Below are positions 49,751-58,466 of a stretch of DNA of 64,000 nt, in pieces (position 1 is the stretch's first letter; every line of letters begins with the position of its first letter). Source of the stretch: an uncultured Duncaniella sp. (lineage in GTDB: Bacteria > Bacteroidota > Bacteroidia > Bacteroidales > Muribaculaceae). A model generated the notes under the pieces. The model was not told where the DNA came from. It saw nothing but the letters and a program-made list of their open reading frames with translations, and searched no databases. The position numbers and the translations under genes were made by a program. The stretch covers positions 10,479 to 74,478 of the forward strand of contig CAJUSW010000010.1 in NCBI GenBank assembly GCA_910589485.1, written 5' to 3'.

Positions 49751-49785
49751 AATCCCCGGATAAGTCATATCCTTATCCGGGGATT
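49751..49785 (-). terminator. hairpin terminator after the second TonB receptor gene
   Basis: Perfect 14-bp stem AATCCCCGGATAAG / CTTATCCGGGGATT with a 7-nt loop, 37 nt after the stop at 49822. It separates that operon from the riboswitch-2 promoter. Confidence 0.7.
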
Positions 49786-49821
49786 TCTTCACGTAGTTTT
49801 TTACTCTCAGGAACGCTTTCC

Positions 49822-52179
49822 TTAGAAATTATATGACACTGTTGCCATGAAATTTCGTGGTTTACCAAGTTTTGTCGCTGAGATAAAATAATGCTTGTTG
49901 AATATATTATTCACCACCACCGAAAGTGTCACATGAGACTTGATGGTATAATAAACACCTCCATCCACTATAAATCGGGCTGGATCATATACATTATTTA
50001 CAACACTGCTATATATTTTATCGGTGTAGTTACCGCTAAGATGAACTGATAGATCCTTCAACACTCCTCTGGGGACAGTGTAATCGGCATATAGATAGAA
50101 TGTTGTTCGGGGCACGCCTGTTGCTCGAAGATTTATCTGGCCATTCTCATCAAGAGTCACCCACGGCAAGCCTACTGCCCAATCCATATTGCTGGCCCTG
50201 CGACGGTAGTCCGACCATCCTACACCACCGGTCACCTTAAGGGTTGACCATGGATGGATTGTCACATCCATATCGAAGCCACGGGAATCATATTGGCCCA
50301 CTTGAGCCTGCACCGTCTTCTCGACCTGTTCACCATCCACATCTACCGGCATTTTGCCAAGATTCATCACCACATTTCTCTTCTTGATGAGAAACGCACT
50401 CGCATTAAAATCAAACAGGCGGTGCTCATAGCGCACTCCTACTTCAAACTGATCGCCACGTTCCGGACGATACACTTCACCGCCATCCATGTCGGGCATG
50501 AACTCCTTGCCGTTTCGGTCATAATATATATAGTTGGCATTATAGAACGTATTGTAAGGCTTAAAGAAGGAGGCGGCTGAAGCATATATCGACACTGACG
50601 GAATCGGTAGATACACCACTCCTGCTCGGTAGGTCAACGCGCTTGTCGAAACCTTGTTCCAGTCCGTGCGGGTTGCTTTGTCATAATGTTGTGTGCCGTC
50701 AGGAGTTTGGGCGGTGGCCCTGCGGTAAGTATAGGTGTCGAAACGTAAGCTGAGCATACCTTTCCAATGCTCATTTACATCTACTACATCTGTCACATAA
50801 AATCCATTGTTGAAGTTGCGTGAGATATTGGCGGCCGATACCTTGCAGTCCCACCAGTCCCGCACGTAATGAGGATCCTCTACCGGAATAATCTCATTCT
50901 TGCCCGGTCCCCACACATCTTCGTTGGCATAGCCGTTATATTGCACGAAATCAAAATATGTGGCAACCCATCCGGCCTTATATTTATGATTTATTCCATA
51001 CCATCCGTCAATGGATCCTGTCAGCTCAAGAGTATTACTCAGCGTCTTATGATCCGGATTGAAATTCAGAGGAGTCCCGCTCTTAAGTTCATCCAGGTTA
51101 GTGTAATACGTCTTTCCGCTACGGGTGTACTGATATTTGTAATCACCGGGTTCGGTGGATGTTACATAAGTCAATCCCTCTACGCAGCAATAGTCCAGAT
51201 CACTATGGCTGTACGAAATATGCTCCCGCAGTTTGAATTTCTCGTTAAACGTATGAGTATAAGTTGTAGCCACCTCCATCAGGCGTCTGCGCATACGGTT
51301 ATTGGCTATGTCGTTATAGACTGACTCATAATTGCATAGAGGATTTCTGGATCCGCTTGGGAGATAGATCTTGTCGGTACCCGCATAATAGATGTCTGCC
51401 GGCATTGTGGGAGCACCACCTATATCTGTTGTATATGAATCATCTGCACCGTTGATGCTTGCTTCCCAATAGCCATGATTTCCTATCTGCGAACTGAGCG
51501 CGAATAATCCCGACAGTCGGTTGGCATTCACCATGCGATATCCGTCGCCGTTGCTTGTATAGACATGCGCACGGTAATGCACCGGTCCGATAAGCTTACC
51601 GCCGAATCCGAATGAGGCATCCTTCTGCTTCCAGCTTCCATAGCTCACACTTCCGTTGGCCGTGAATTTATCTGTCGGTTTCTTGCGGATAATATTTATA
51701 ACACCGCCCATCACTGAATGGCCGGCAAGTACCGATGCCGGACCTTTGATGACCTCGATCGATTCAACTCCCGAGAGATCGCCGTAGGGAACAGTATTCC
51801 ACACTCGCTCATCTCTCACACCATCGTAGGCGATACCTACGTCATTTGATCCGCGGATGCTGAAACGCTGGAACTGGCCCAACTGATTTCCCGACATCAC
51901 TACTCCGGGGAGAAACTTCACGGCATCTTCCATGTTCACGATATGTTTTCTCCCCAATGTCTTTTCATCAATACGGCTGACGGTCATAGGTAGATATTTT
52001 AGAGGCATATCTATCCCCAGCAGTCCTACTGAATGTTCCTGTAGTGGTTTGACATTTGACACTGTTGTGACCACTTCTCCAAGCGAAATGGTATCCGACA
52101 TGGCATCAAGGCTGTCGGCCCGGCATGGGACGACAATCGCCACCGCCGTTAGGGCGGGCAATACAAATCTGACTTTCAT
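49822..52179 (-). CDS. TonB-dependent siderophore-type receptor
   Basis: 785 aa with a signal peptide. Plug motifs FLPGVVMSGN, IRGSNDVGIAYDGV and IEVIKGPASVLAG. C-terminal ATVSYNF. Confidence 0.9.
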   Translation of the reverse strand: MKVRFVLPALTAVAIVVPCRADSLDAMSDTISLGEVVTTVSNVKPLQEHSVGLLGIDMPLKYLPMTVSRIDEKTLGRKHIVNMEDAVKFLPGVVMSGNQLGQFQRFSIRGSNDVGIAYDGVRDERVWNTVPYGDLSGVESIEVIKGPASVLAGHSVMGGVINIIRKKPTDKFTANGSVSYGSWKQKDASFGFGGKLIGPVHYRAHVYTSNGDGYRMVNANRLSGLFALSSQIGNHGYWEASINGADDSYTTDIGGAPTMPADIYYAGTDKIYLPSGSRNPLCNYESVYNDIANNRMRRRLMEVATTYTHTFNEKFKLREHISYSHSDLDYCCVEGLTYVTSTEPGDYKYQYTRSGKTYYTNLDELKSGTPLNFNPDHKTLSNTLELTGSIDGWYGINHKYKAGWVATYFDFVQYNGYANEDVWGPGKNEIIPVEDPHYVRDWWDCKVSAANISRNFNNGFYVTDVVDVNEHWKGMLSLRFDTYTYRRATAQTPDGTQHYDKATRTDWNKVSTSALTYRAGVVYLPIPSVSIYASAASFFKPYNTFYNANYIYYDRNGKEFMPDMDGGEVYRPERGDQFEVGVRYEHRLFDFNASAFLIKKRNVVMNLGKMPVDVDGEQVEKTVQAQVGQYDSRGFDMDVTIHPWSTLKVTGGVGWSDYRRRASNMDWAVGLPWVTLDENGQINLRATGVPRTTFYLYADYTVPRGVLKDLSVHLSGNYTDKIYSSVVNNVYDPARFIVDGGVYYTIKSHVTLSVVVNNIFNKHYFISATKLGKPRNFMATVSYNF

Positions 52180-52226
52180 TTGAAAATTAAGTAGTAAAAA
52201 ACAATGATTGGTATATTTGGTATATA

Positions 52227-53726
52227 TTATTCGCGTCTAAGCCGTCTCACAGTTCTCCACAGCCATTGCAACGCAAGTACAAGGCCTGTCACCGAAAGCA
52301 TGCTTCCTCCGGTCAGAAGAATAAACATTACGACATACCACACAGTCGGATGATCCGTAAGAGCCTTTATGTGAAGTGCATGTAGGCCCTTGTACAGAAA
52401 CCTCCGGCTCCGGCCATCATCATCAACACGATGAGTGGACAAGGTTAATGGATCGTAATATATCACAGTATTCATATAATCATCTGCCACCACCTTGTAC
52501 ACAGGCAGAGGGTTCCTATCCTTATCCCGGCCGTAATAATCATCATCGTATTCTGATATATATGACACTGTTATGCCCACACTGTCATGAAACTGTTTAC
52601 GGGCATCTCGCTCAACCATTTCGGCCGAGAGCTTAAAGTCCTGGATATTACCAGCGACCGAAGCGTCGATATTGCGTCGCGAGTTATGGTAAGCTACCTG
52701 ATAATAGGGATGATCATTCCATGAAGCCCACTGTATGCTCACTATCGAATCACCTCCTTCGGCCACAACTTTTGCAATCGGCAGGAGATACCGGTCTGGA
52801 TTGACCACCATCCTGCCGCGCCCTCCACGACGTCGGTCACGCTTACGCTGATCTCGGTTTTTGGAGTCAGGATCTTTCTGCTCCTGCTTTTCTTTTTTCA
52901 GGAACGATGGCATTCCGCCCATCGACATATATCCGCTGAATGAGAATGTGATTGCACACCACCCGAACAGCATACCAAGAATAAAATGCCATCGCCACCA
53001 AGGTTTACGGTATGGGCAATGCCACAGACCATAAACCTTACGTTGGTGCCACCACACCATAATAGCAACAATTATGCCCGACAGGCACATGACACATCCG
53101 AGCAGGGCTGACCACACAACCACGTCGGTCCACAACTCCTGGTGCTTGCGCAAGGGCGTGAAGTATAGCCAATGCGGAATACCCGCCAACCATGCCAACC
53201 GGCGATCCTTTGCCGTAGTAAACTGTACCACGTCCCCCTCTGTAGTCATGTATAACTGATGTCCCTCCTTATCATCAAAATAATACTTAAAAATAGGCAT
53301 CTTATCATTCCATCGTTCAAATGGAATCCACTGGTCTACAGCTTCAAGAGTGTCAATCCGGGCTATCCTGGCATCACACCAGTTGTTCACAACCACCTCT
53401 CGGAATTCTTCCGAAAAAGCCGGCACCGGCTCCAGGTTATTGGCATATACCTCAATGGTAGAGTCATTGGTGGAGAGCTTCATCACATCCCGGCCATATT
53501 TCCGATACACCGACAGTGAACGTATCGATCCACTGTCAGGCATTATGCTTAGAAGCGTGTCCATAGGTAGAATCTCCGCCGACAGGGCATCAGTCGGGAC
53601 AGGCTGCTTTGCTCGAGGAAATGAGTACCATATCATCGCAAACCCTGATAAAAACCACAATACAAAAATAATGGAAAGAGGGATTCCAAGAATCTTATGG
53701 ATTAAACTGAAAACTTTACGGAACAT
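52227..53726 (-). CDS. PepSY-associated TM-helix protein
   Basis: Start moved to MFRKVFSLIHKILGIPLSIIFVLWFLSGFAMIW (about 499 aa). Four or more TM helices, a basic RGG-rich loop (DRRRGGRGR), and C-terminal LYKGLHALHI. Confidence 0.72.
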   Translation of the reverse strand: MFRKVFSLIHKILGIPLSIIFVLWFLSGFAMIWYSFPRAKQPVPTDALSAEILPMDTLLSIMPDSGSIRSLSVYRKYGRDVMKLSTNDSTIEVYANNLEPVPAFSEEFREVVVNNWCDARIARIDTLEAVDQWIPFERWNDKMPIFKYYFDDKEGHQLYMTTEGDVVQFTTAKDRRLAWLAGIPHWLYFTPLRKHQELWTDVVVWSALLGCVMCLSGIIVAIMVWWHQRKVYGLWHCPYRKPWWRWHFILGMLFGWCAITFSFSGYMSMGGMPSFLKKEKQEQKDPDSKNRDQRKRDRRRGGRGRMVVNPDRYLLPIAKVVAEGGDSIVSIQWASWNDHPYYQVAYHNSRRNIDASVAGNIQDFKLSAEMVERDARKQFHDSVGITVSYISEYDDDYYGRDKDRNPLPVYKVVADDYMNTVIYYDPLTLSTHRVDDDGRSRRFLYKGLHALHIKALTDHPTVWYVVMFILLTGGSMLSVTGLVLALQWLWRTVRRLRRE

Positions 53727-54200
53727 TTTATACTCGTGCTTTGGATTAATGCAAATCGCAGTTATTTTTCTACGGCACATGAAACCCTTACGGGCAAACA
53801 ATCAGTGCCGGAATGGCCTTATCGGCCTTCCCGAATTATCTTAAAGTGTGTTTGTGCCGTGGCACCCATTAAATTGTTGAGAGAAACACGTAGTCATGCC
53901 TCCATCCCACTCCAACCGGTTGTCCCCTCGTTCGTTATCAAGAAACTCATTCATGAATTCCTTTCCGCTCCTTGAACATTCCATAATTAGATAATGCTGT
54001 TTTAAGGGGGAAAAGATTTGATACCGGAAGATTTAACACGCCGATCCTCATGACACGACACAGTAACCGCGACAATATGCCGTAGCTACCGTATTCGATG
54101 CCGGATGTTGTTCCTCTAAGGCATCCCGACAAATTGGATCTTATGTCAATGTTAATTCTCCTCACTTCAAAATCTAATCCTCGAGATTATTGAAATAAAA

Positions 54201-54365
54201 TCCGTTTGGCAGGTCTCCTGACTTATCCTGCTCATCGGCACCTTCCCATCGTTGTCGACAGTGGCATCTTGCCGGTGAGTTGTGGTAGGAATTACAGTAG
54301 CGGGTCTGTTCCGGATTCTCACCGGATTCCCTATTAATCGCGTCGCCGCGAACCAAAACGTGGCG
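54201..54365 (-). promoter_or_regulatory. cobalamin riboswitch (copy 3)
   Basis: Same aptamer sequence as copy 2 with one G/A difference (54206-54369 versus 49510-49673). B12 box AAGTCAGGAGACCTGCCAA. Confidence 0.9.
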
Positions 54366-54373
54366 CAAAATTA
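54366..54373 (-). promoter_or_regulatory. candidate -7 promoter box (TAnnTTTG) for riboswitch 3
   Basis: The minus strand reads TAATTTTG directly upstream of the riboswitch. Confidence 0.45.
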
Positions 54374-54584
54374 ACTATTATTCTGAAATTGGCAAAATAT
54401 TTTTTTCAGAGTGTGTTTTCTTAGAAACTGTTTAAATTTATTTGATGCAGATTTTGATAAGTATTATCGAATGGCATTTTGTTTGTGATAAAGGAGTGTA
54501 GCTGTAGCTACATGACTGAAGAACGAGCAAAATGACAACGATAAGACTCTCAAAAGCAAAGTGAAATGAATTTTAAACAGTTCC

Positions 54585-55759
54585 TTAGCCCTTTATCACC
54601 GCCACCGGGCTGAGGCGGGTCCTGATGCGCACCAGATCAGCCTGTGCCGCCATCACCTCGTCAATATTCTTATAGGCACCCGCGGCTTCATCCAAATCCT
54701 CCTTATAGCGTATGGCATGGATCACTCCGGCCTTTTCCAGTCGGGCTACCTCCTCCTCCAACGAGAGCTCCGCCCTTGCTGCCGTGCGCGAAAGCCTGCG
54801 TCCCGCGCCGTGCGAGCACGACATGAACGACTCCTCGTTGCCGAGTCCCTCCGTGATGTATGAGCAAGTGCCCTGTGAACCGGGGATAATCCCTACCTCT
54901 CCTTCGCGGGCCGAAGTCGCCCCCTTGCGGTGAACTATGCAATTCTCCCCGTAATGATTCTCCCACTGGGCATAATTGTGGGCTATGTTTATCATCGGGT
55001 CAAACTCAGCTCCGGCCACAGCGTCCCCTATCACCTGGCATATACGCTCCATCATCAGCGAGCGGTTGCACAGAGCGAATGCCACGCAGTACTCCATCTC
55101 CGCCCAGTATTTGCCGAACTCCTCTGTGCGCAGTGGCAGGAAGGGCAGATTTATCTCCTTGGGAACTGACGAGAACCAGCGACGGTTCAGCGCATCCGCC
55201 TTTTCATTGTAATAGTCACCCACCTGCTTGCCCAGGTTGCGCGACCCTGAGTGAATCATTATCCACAACCACCCTTCGTCGTCGCGCTGAAGCTCTATGA
55301 AGTGGTTGCCACCGCCCAGCGTCCCCACCTGCTTCATAGCCGATGAGAGTTCGCGCGACACCACACTCATGGAATCCGTGTCAAATCCCTGAGGCATATA
55401 TACTTCTCCTCCTGCTTTTGCTTATGGTGGGCGCGTCCTAAAGGTATCTGCTTGCGTATCCCTCTCAGTATCTTCTTGCGCAGCACCACCTCTTCGATCT
55501 CTGCTACTTTCAGATTGGTCTTCACGGCACACATTCCGCACCCTATGTCCACCCCCACAGCATTGGGCACTACCACCCCTTTTGTGGCAAGCACACCACC
55601 GATTGGCATCCCCTTTCCGCCGTGGGCATCGGGCATCAGCGCCAAATGATGGTGGATGAACGGCAGCATGCACAGGTTTTCCACCTCCTGCTTCCCATGC
55701 TCATCCAGATCTCTTACCCAGCTCTTCACTAAAACATTGTTGATGACTTTTTCTTCCAT
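54585..55759 (-). pseudogene. rtcB: RtcB-family RNA ligase split by a 1-nt frameshift
   Basis: N-terminal ORF 55367-55759 (...LMPDAHGGKGMPIGGV...GVDIGCGM...) and C-terminal ORF 54585-55397 (...GGGNHFIEL...HSGSRNLG...HNYA...HRKGAT...SCSHGAGR) together make a complete RtcB of about 395 aa. The frames switch in the KQKQEE / VYMPQGFD region around 55398-55425. Confidence 0.8.
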
Positions 55760-55813
55760 GATTACCTGATTTTAAGACTTAATTATGTTTTATGCCACAA
55801 AGTTCCGCCCCTC

Positions 55814-55833
55814 TTGCGCAATGATTTTGCGCA
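55814..55833. promoter_or_regulatory. candidate operator: two TTGCGCA half-sites 13 bp apart in the rtcB / WYL divergent intergenic region
   Basis: TTGCGCAA (a palindrome, 55814-55821) and TTGCGCA (55827-55833), upstream of the -7 box TATTTTTG at 55850-55857. Confidence 0.35.
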
Positions 55834-55849
55834 GTTCACAAAAAAATAA

Positions 55850-55857
55850 TATTTTTG
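55850..55857 (+). promoter_or_regulatory. candidate -7 promoter box (TAnnTTTG) for the WYL gene
   Basis: TATTTTTG 30 nt upstream of the ATG at 55887. Confidence 0.4.
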
Positions 55858-55886
55858 CAATACAATAGAACTGTCCCCCCCTCTCT

Positions 55887-56897
55887 ATGGCACTTAACAA
55901 AAACGCACTGTTGAGATATCGCACCATCGACCGCTGTCTGCGCAACACTGGCCGGCGATGGACCCTGCAGGATCTTGTTGATGCATGCAGCGATGCGCTG
56001 TATGAATATGAAGGCAAACAGGACCTCGTGAGCAAGCGCACAGTCCAGCTCGACCTCCAGATGATGCGCTCCGACCGTCTCGGATACGAAGCCCCCATCG
56101 AAGTGTACGACCGGAAATATTACCGGTACTCCGATCCTGAATACTCAATCAGCAACCTTCCCTTGTCGCGACACGACATCGAAATGCTCAACAGCACCAT
56201 CGACCTCCTGCGCCAGTTCGATGAATTCGACCGTTTCCATGACATGGCCGATGTTGTGAGCCGATTGCAGGACAAAGTAGCCTCAGCCTCCAAGCGTCGT
56301 CCCATAGTGGATTTCGAGCGCAACCCCAATCTCCGGGGCCTGCAGCATCTCAATCCCCTTTACGACATTATCGCATCCCGTCAGACCGTCTACGTAAACT
56401 ATCGCTCATTCAATTCCCGCACCCCTCGACCCTTCATCCTCTTCCCCTACCTTCTGAAAGAATATCGCAACCGCTGGTTCCTTTTCGGATCAAGGGCCGG
56501 CGACATGAAGCTGTTCAACCTCGCCCTCGACCGTATCGTTGACTTCCACGTGTGCCCCGACATCCCCTATAAGGAAAACCCCGAGTTTGGCGAAGACTTT
56601 TTTGATGATGTAGTCGGAGTAACCAAACACTCCCGATTGAAAAAAGAACTCATACTCCTTCGTGCCGACAATCATCAGGCAAGCTACATCCTCACCAAAC
56701 CCATCCACAGCTCACAGCGGCTCATCGAGAAAAACCACGCTGACGGCTCCATGACATTCGAGCTCAACGTAATAATCAACAACGAACTCATCGCCCAGCT
56801 CCTCAGCTTCGGCGCCGGCATCCGCGTCCTCTCCCCCCAATCCCTCGCCACCCAACTCCGCGACATCCACCACCAAGCCACCTCCAACTACCCCTAA
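55887..56897 (+). CDS. HTH + WYL-domain transcriptional regulator
   Basis: 336 aa. N-terminus MALNKNALLRYRTIDRCLRN (winged-helix type) and WYL core YLLKEYRNRWFLFG. It is divergent from rtcB. Confidence 0.85.
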   Translation: MALNKNALLRYRTIDRCLRNTGRRWTLQDLVDACSDALYEYEGKQDLVSKRTVQLDLQMMRSDRLGYEAPIEVYDRKYYRYSDPEYSISNLPLSRHDIEMLNSTIDLLRQFDEFDRFHDMADVVSRLQDKVASASKRRPIVDFERNPNLRGLQHLNPLYDIIASRQTVYVNYRSFNSRTPRPFILFPYLLKEYRNRWFLFGSRAGDMKLFNLALDRIVDFHVCPDIPYKENPEFGEDFFDDVVGVTKHSRLKKELILLRADNHQASYILTKPIHSSQRLIEKNHADGSMTFELNVIINNELIAQLLSFGAGIRVLSPQSLATQLRDIHHQATSNYP

Positions 56898-56987
56898 CCC
56901 CGACTCGTAAACCGTCCGCAGGTCATTGTCCACTCGTCTCTGACGTAGCTACGAAATCATACCCACCACAAACCGAGCATGCAACTC

Positions 56988-57115
56988 CCCGCAGGCCACC
57001 TACCCAATAAGCCGCGAAGCGGCGATGTACTCGTAGCCCCTCAGAACCCGGCCACAAATTTCCCGCAGGCTACACCGCCCACTAAGCCCCGAAGGGGCGA
57101 TGTACTCGTAGCCCC
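56988..57115. repeat. two-copy tandem repeat (period about 74-75 nt), each unit carrying a small GAA-loop hairpin
   Basis: Units 56988-57040 and 57062-57115 share CCCGCAGGC...TAAGCC(G/C)CGAAG(C/G)GGCGATGTACTCGTAGCCCC. The hairpins GCCGCGAAGCGGC and GCCCCGAAGGGGC differ by a compensatory G:C to C:G swap. Confidence 0.7.
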
Positions 57116-57126
57116 ACCACGAGGGA

Positions 57127-57162
57127 ACGTGCAAATCGCCCGCGAGGGCAAGATTTGCGCGT
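57127..57162. other. extended hairpin with GCGA tetraloop
   Basis: ACGTGCAAATC-GCCC-GCGA-GGGC-AA-GATTTGCGCGT. Outer and inner stems with a 2-nt bulge, immediately after the tandem repeats. Confidence 0.5.
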
Positions 57163-57426
57163 TGCCGAGGCGTGGGGAAAACGAAACCCACACCAAAACG
57201 GGCGTCGAAGACGTCCTATAATTCCCCGCGTCCACCCTCTTTAATACTCTGTACTCCACCAATATACCCTTAAAATCCCCACACCTAATAATCTAATCCC
57301 TATACTCTATACTTTCCCCTCTATACTTAAAAATAAAAAACTCTGGCCCTCTGGTCTTAAAATTCGTGCCAACGCGACATTATCGCACCATATCCCCGGT
57401 AAAACCAACTTACCTTTGCCGTTGAT

Positions 57427-58191
57427 ATGAAACCAACGAGCCACAAGGTCACACACCTAACCAAACGAATCCGGCGACCCGACATATGGTGTCACCAATT
57501 CTCACGCTTTCTCGGCCGGGAACTAACCCCCGTCGAGAAAAACGTCATATCCCGGCTCGAACGCGCACGCCGGCTCTCCCGCCCGCGTCCCATCGTCATC
57601 GTCGACCCCAAAGGCTACGACTCAACCGAACTATTGAGATCATATCTCGACTACCGCCTCGCCACCTCCCCCGAAGGCGCAACCGCACTCCTCTATCTCT
57701 CCAAAGAAGGAAAAGATAGAGAATTCGGCAAAATGTATCCTGAATACACCGGCTACACCCGCCGTCAGGTAAAAACCCTGCACAAACGCATCCGTTACGC
57801 CTCCTATTCCCGTCCCGACAGCGTCCGCGGCACCTCCCCCGCCTTCATGCTCCTGCTCAACGCACAGGAATACAAAGGCTACTCCCCAATGCAACCCGAC
57901 CCCGGGAAATTCCTCAGCCTCTGCTCCGCACTATTCCCATTATTGTGCGGCATAGGCTTCCTTGTCATACACATAAACGTCGACAGGGAACAGATCCCCG
58001 CCTTCTTCTACCTCGGCATGCAGGGCCACACCACACAGAGGCCCCCGAAACCCGAGCCCCCGGTCGAGACCGCCATACTCGTCCTCACCGACCCAACGTC
58101 CATCCTCCGCTGGAGCCTGCCCACCCGCGAGGGCCCGCAAGGCCATCCCGCAGACGATGCACCAATCCCCCGACCACCCATACCCATCTAA
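57427..58191 (+). CDS. orphan hypothetical protein (uncertain gene)
   Basis: 254-aa ORF with C-ending codon preference like its neighbours. TACCTTTG (-7-like box) at 57411-57418 and a GCGGAG/CTCCGC hairpin at 58193-58211 just after the stop. However, several other frames are also open here because the region is C-rich, and no domain is recognisable. Confidence 0.35.
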   Translation: MKPTSHKVTHLTKRIRRPDIWCHQFSRFLGRELTPVEKNVISRLERARRLSRPRPIVIVDPKGYDSTELLRSYLDYRLATSPEGATALLYLSKEGKDREFGKMYPEYTGYTRRQVKTLHKRIRYASYSRPDSVRGTSPAFMLLLNAQEYKGYSPMQPDPGKFLSLCSALFPLLCGIGFLVIHINVDREQIPAFFYLGMQGHTTQRPPKPEPPVETAILVLTDPTSILRWSLPTREGPQGHPADDAPIPRPPIPI

Positions 58192-58433
58192 GCGGAGAGC
58201 CGACCTCCGCCGTTCCCACAAGGAACCAGCAATAAGGTTACAGAAAATAGCAGAGCACAAAATTGATAGCTCATAAACCTATAAACTTCTAAACCTATAA
58301 ACTCCCCTCTGATCGGCAAGAGCCCCTTGACATACTGATACAACACTAAAAAACGAATGACTCCCACCCGTGACGGGCAGGAGCCATTACCTATTATCCT
58401 CTCCATAACATTGCTAAAATCATCCCAAATTCG

Positions 58434-58441
58434 TAATTTTG
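58434..58441 (+). promoter_or_regulatory. candidate -7 promoter box (TAnnTTTG) for the patatin-like gene
   Basis: TAATTTTG 26 nt upstream of the ATG at 58467. Confidence 0.4.
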
Positions 58442-58466
58442 GAGAGAATTTATCATCCTCATTATT

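Noticed and set aside
53947-54165. 72-codon ORF in the riboswitch-3 leader as a possible leader peptide or small protein
   Set aside because: It has no convincing codon bias, no signal or TM character, and no recognisable motif. It is kept only as part of the long-leader observation.
54426-54582. 11-bp inverted repeat (AACTGTTTAAA / TTTAAACAGTT) flanking about 135 nt downstream of rtcB
   Set aside because: It is short, AT-rich and does not extend, so it is compatible with chance. The local palindrome TGTAGCTGTAGCTACA is more likely just the rtcB terminator region.
56986-57162. Possible CRISPR array
   Set aside because: There are only two direct repeats of about 54 nt with a 21-nt spacer-like gap, the units are imperfect, and no cas genes occur anywhere in the window.
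56979-57221. 80-aa ORF (MQLPAGHLPNKPRSGDVLVAP...PRRGDVLVAP...)
   Set aside because: The internal peptide repeat is the translation of the tandem hairpin-bearing DNA repeat, so a non-coding repeat element is the better explanation.
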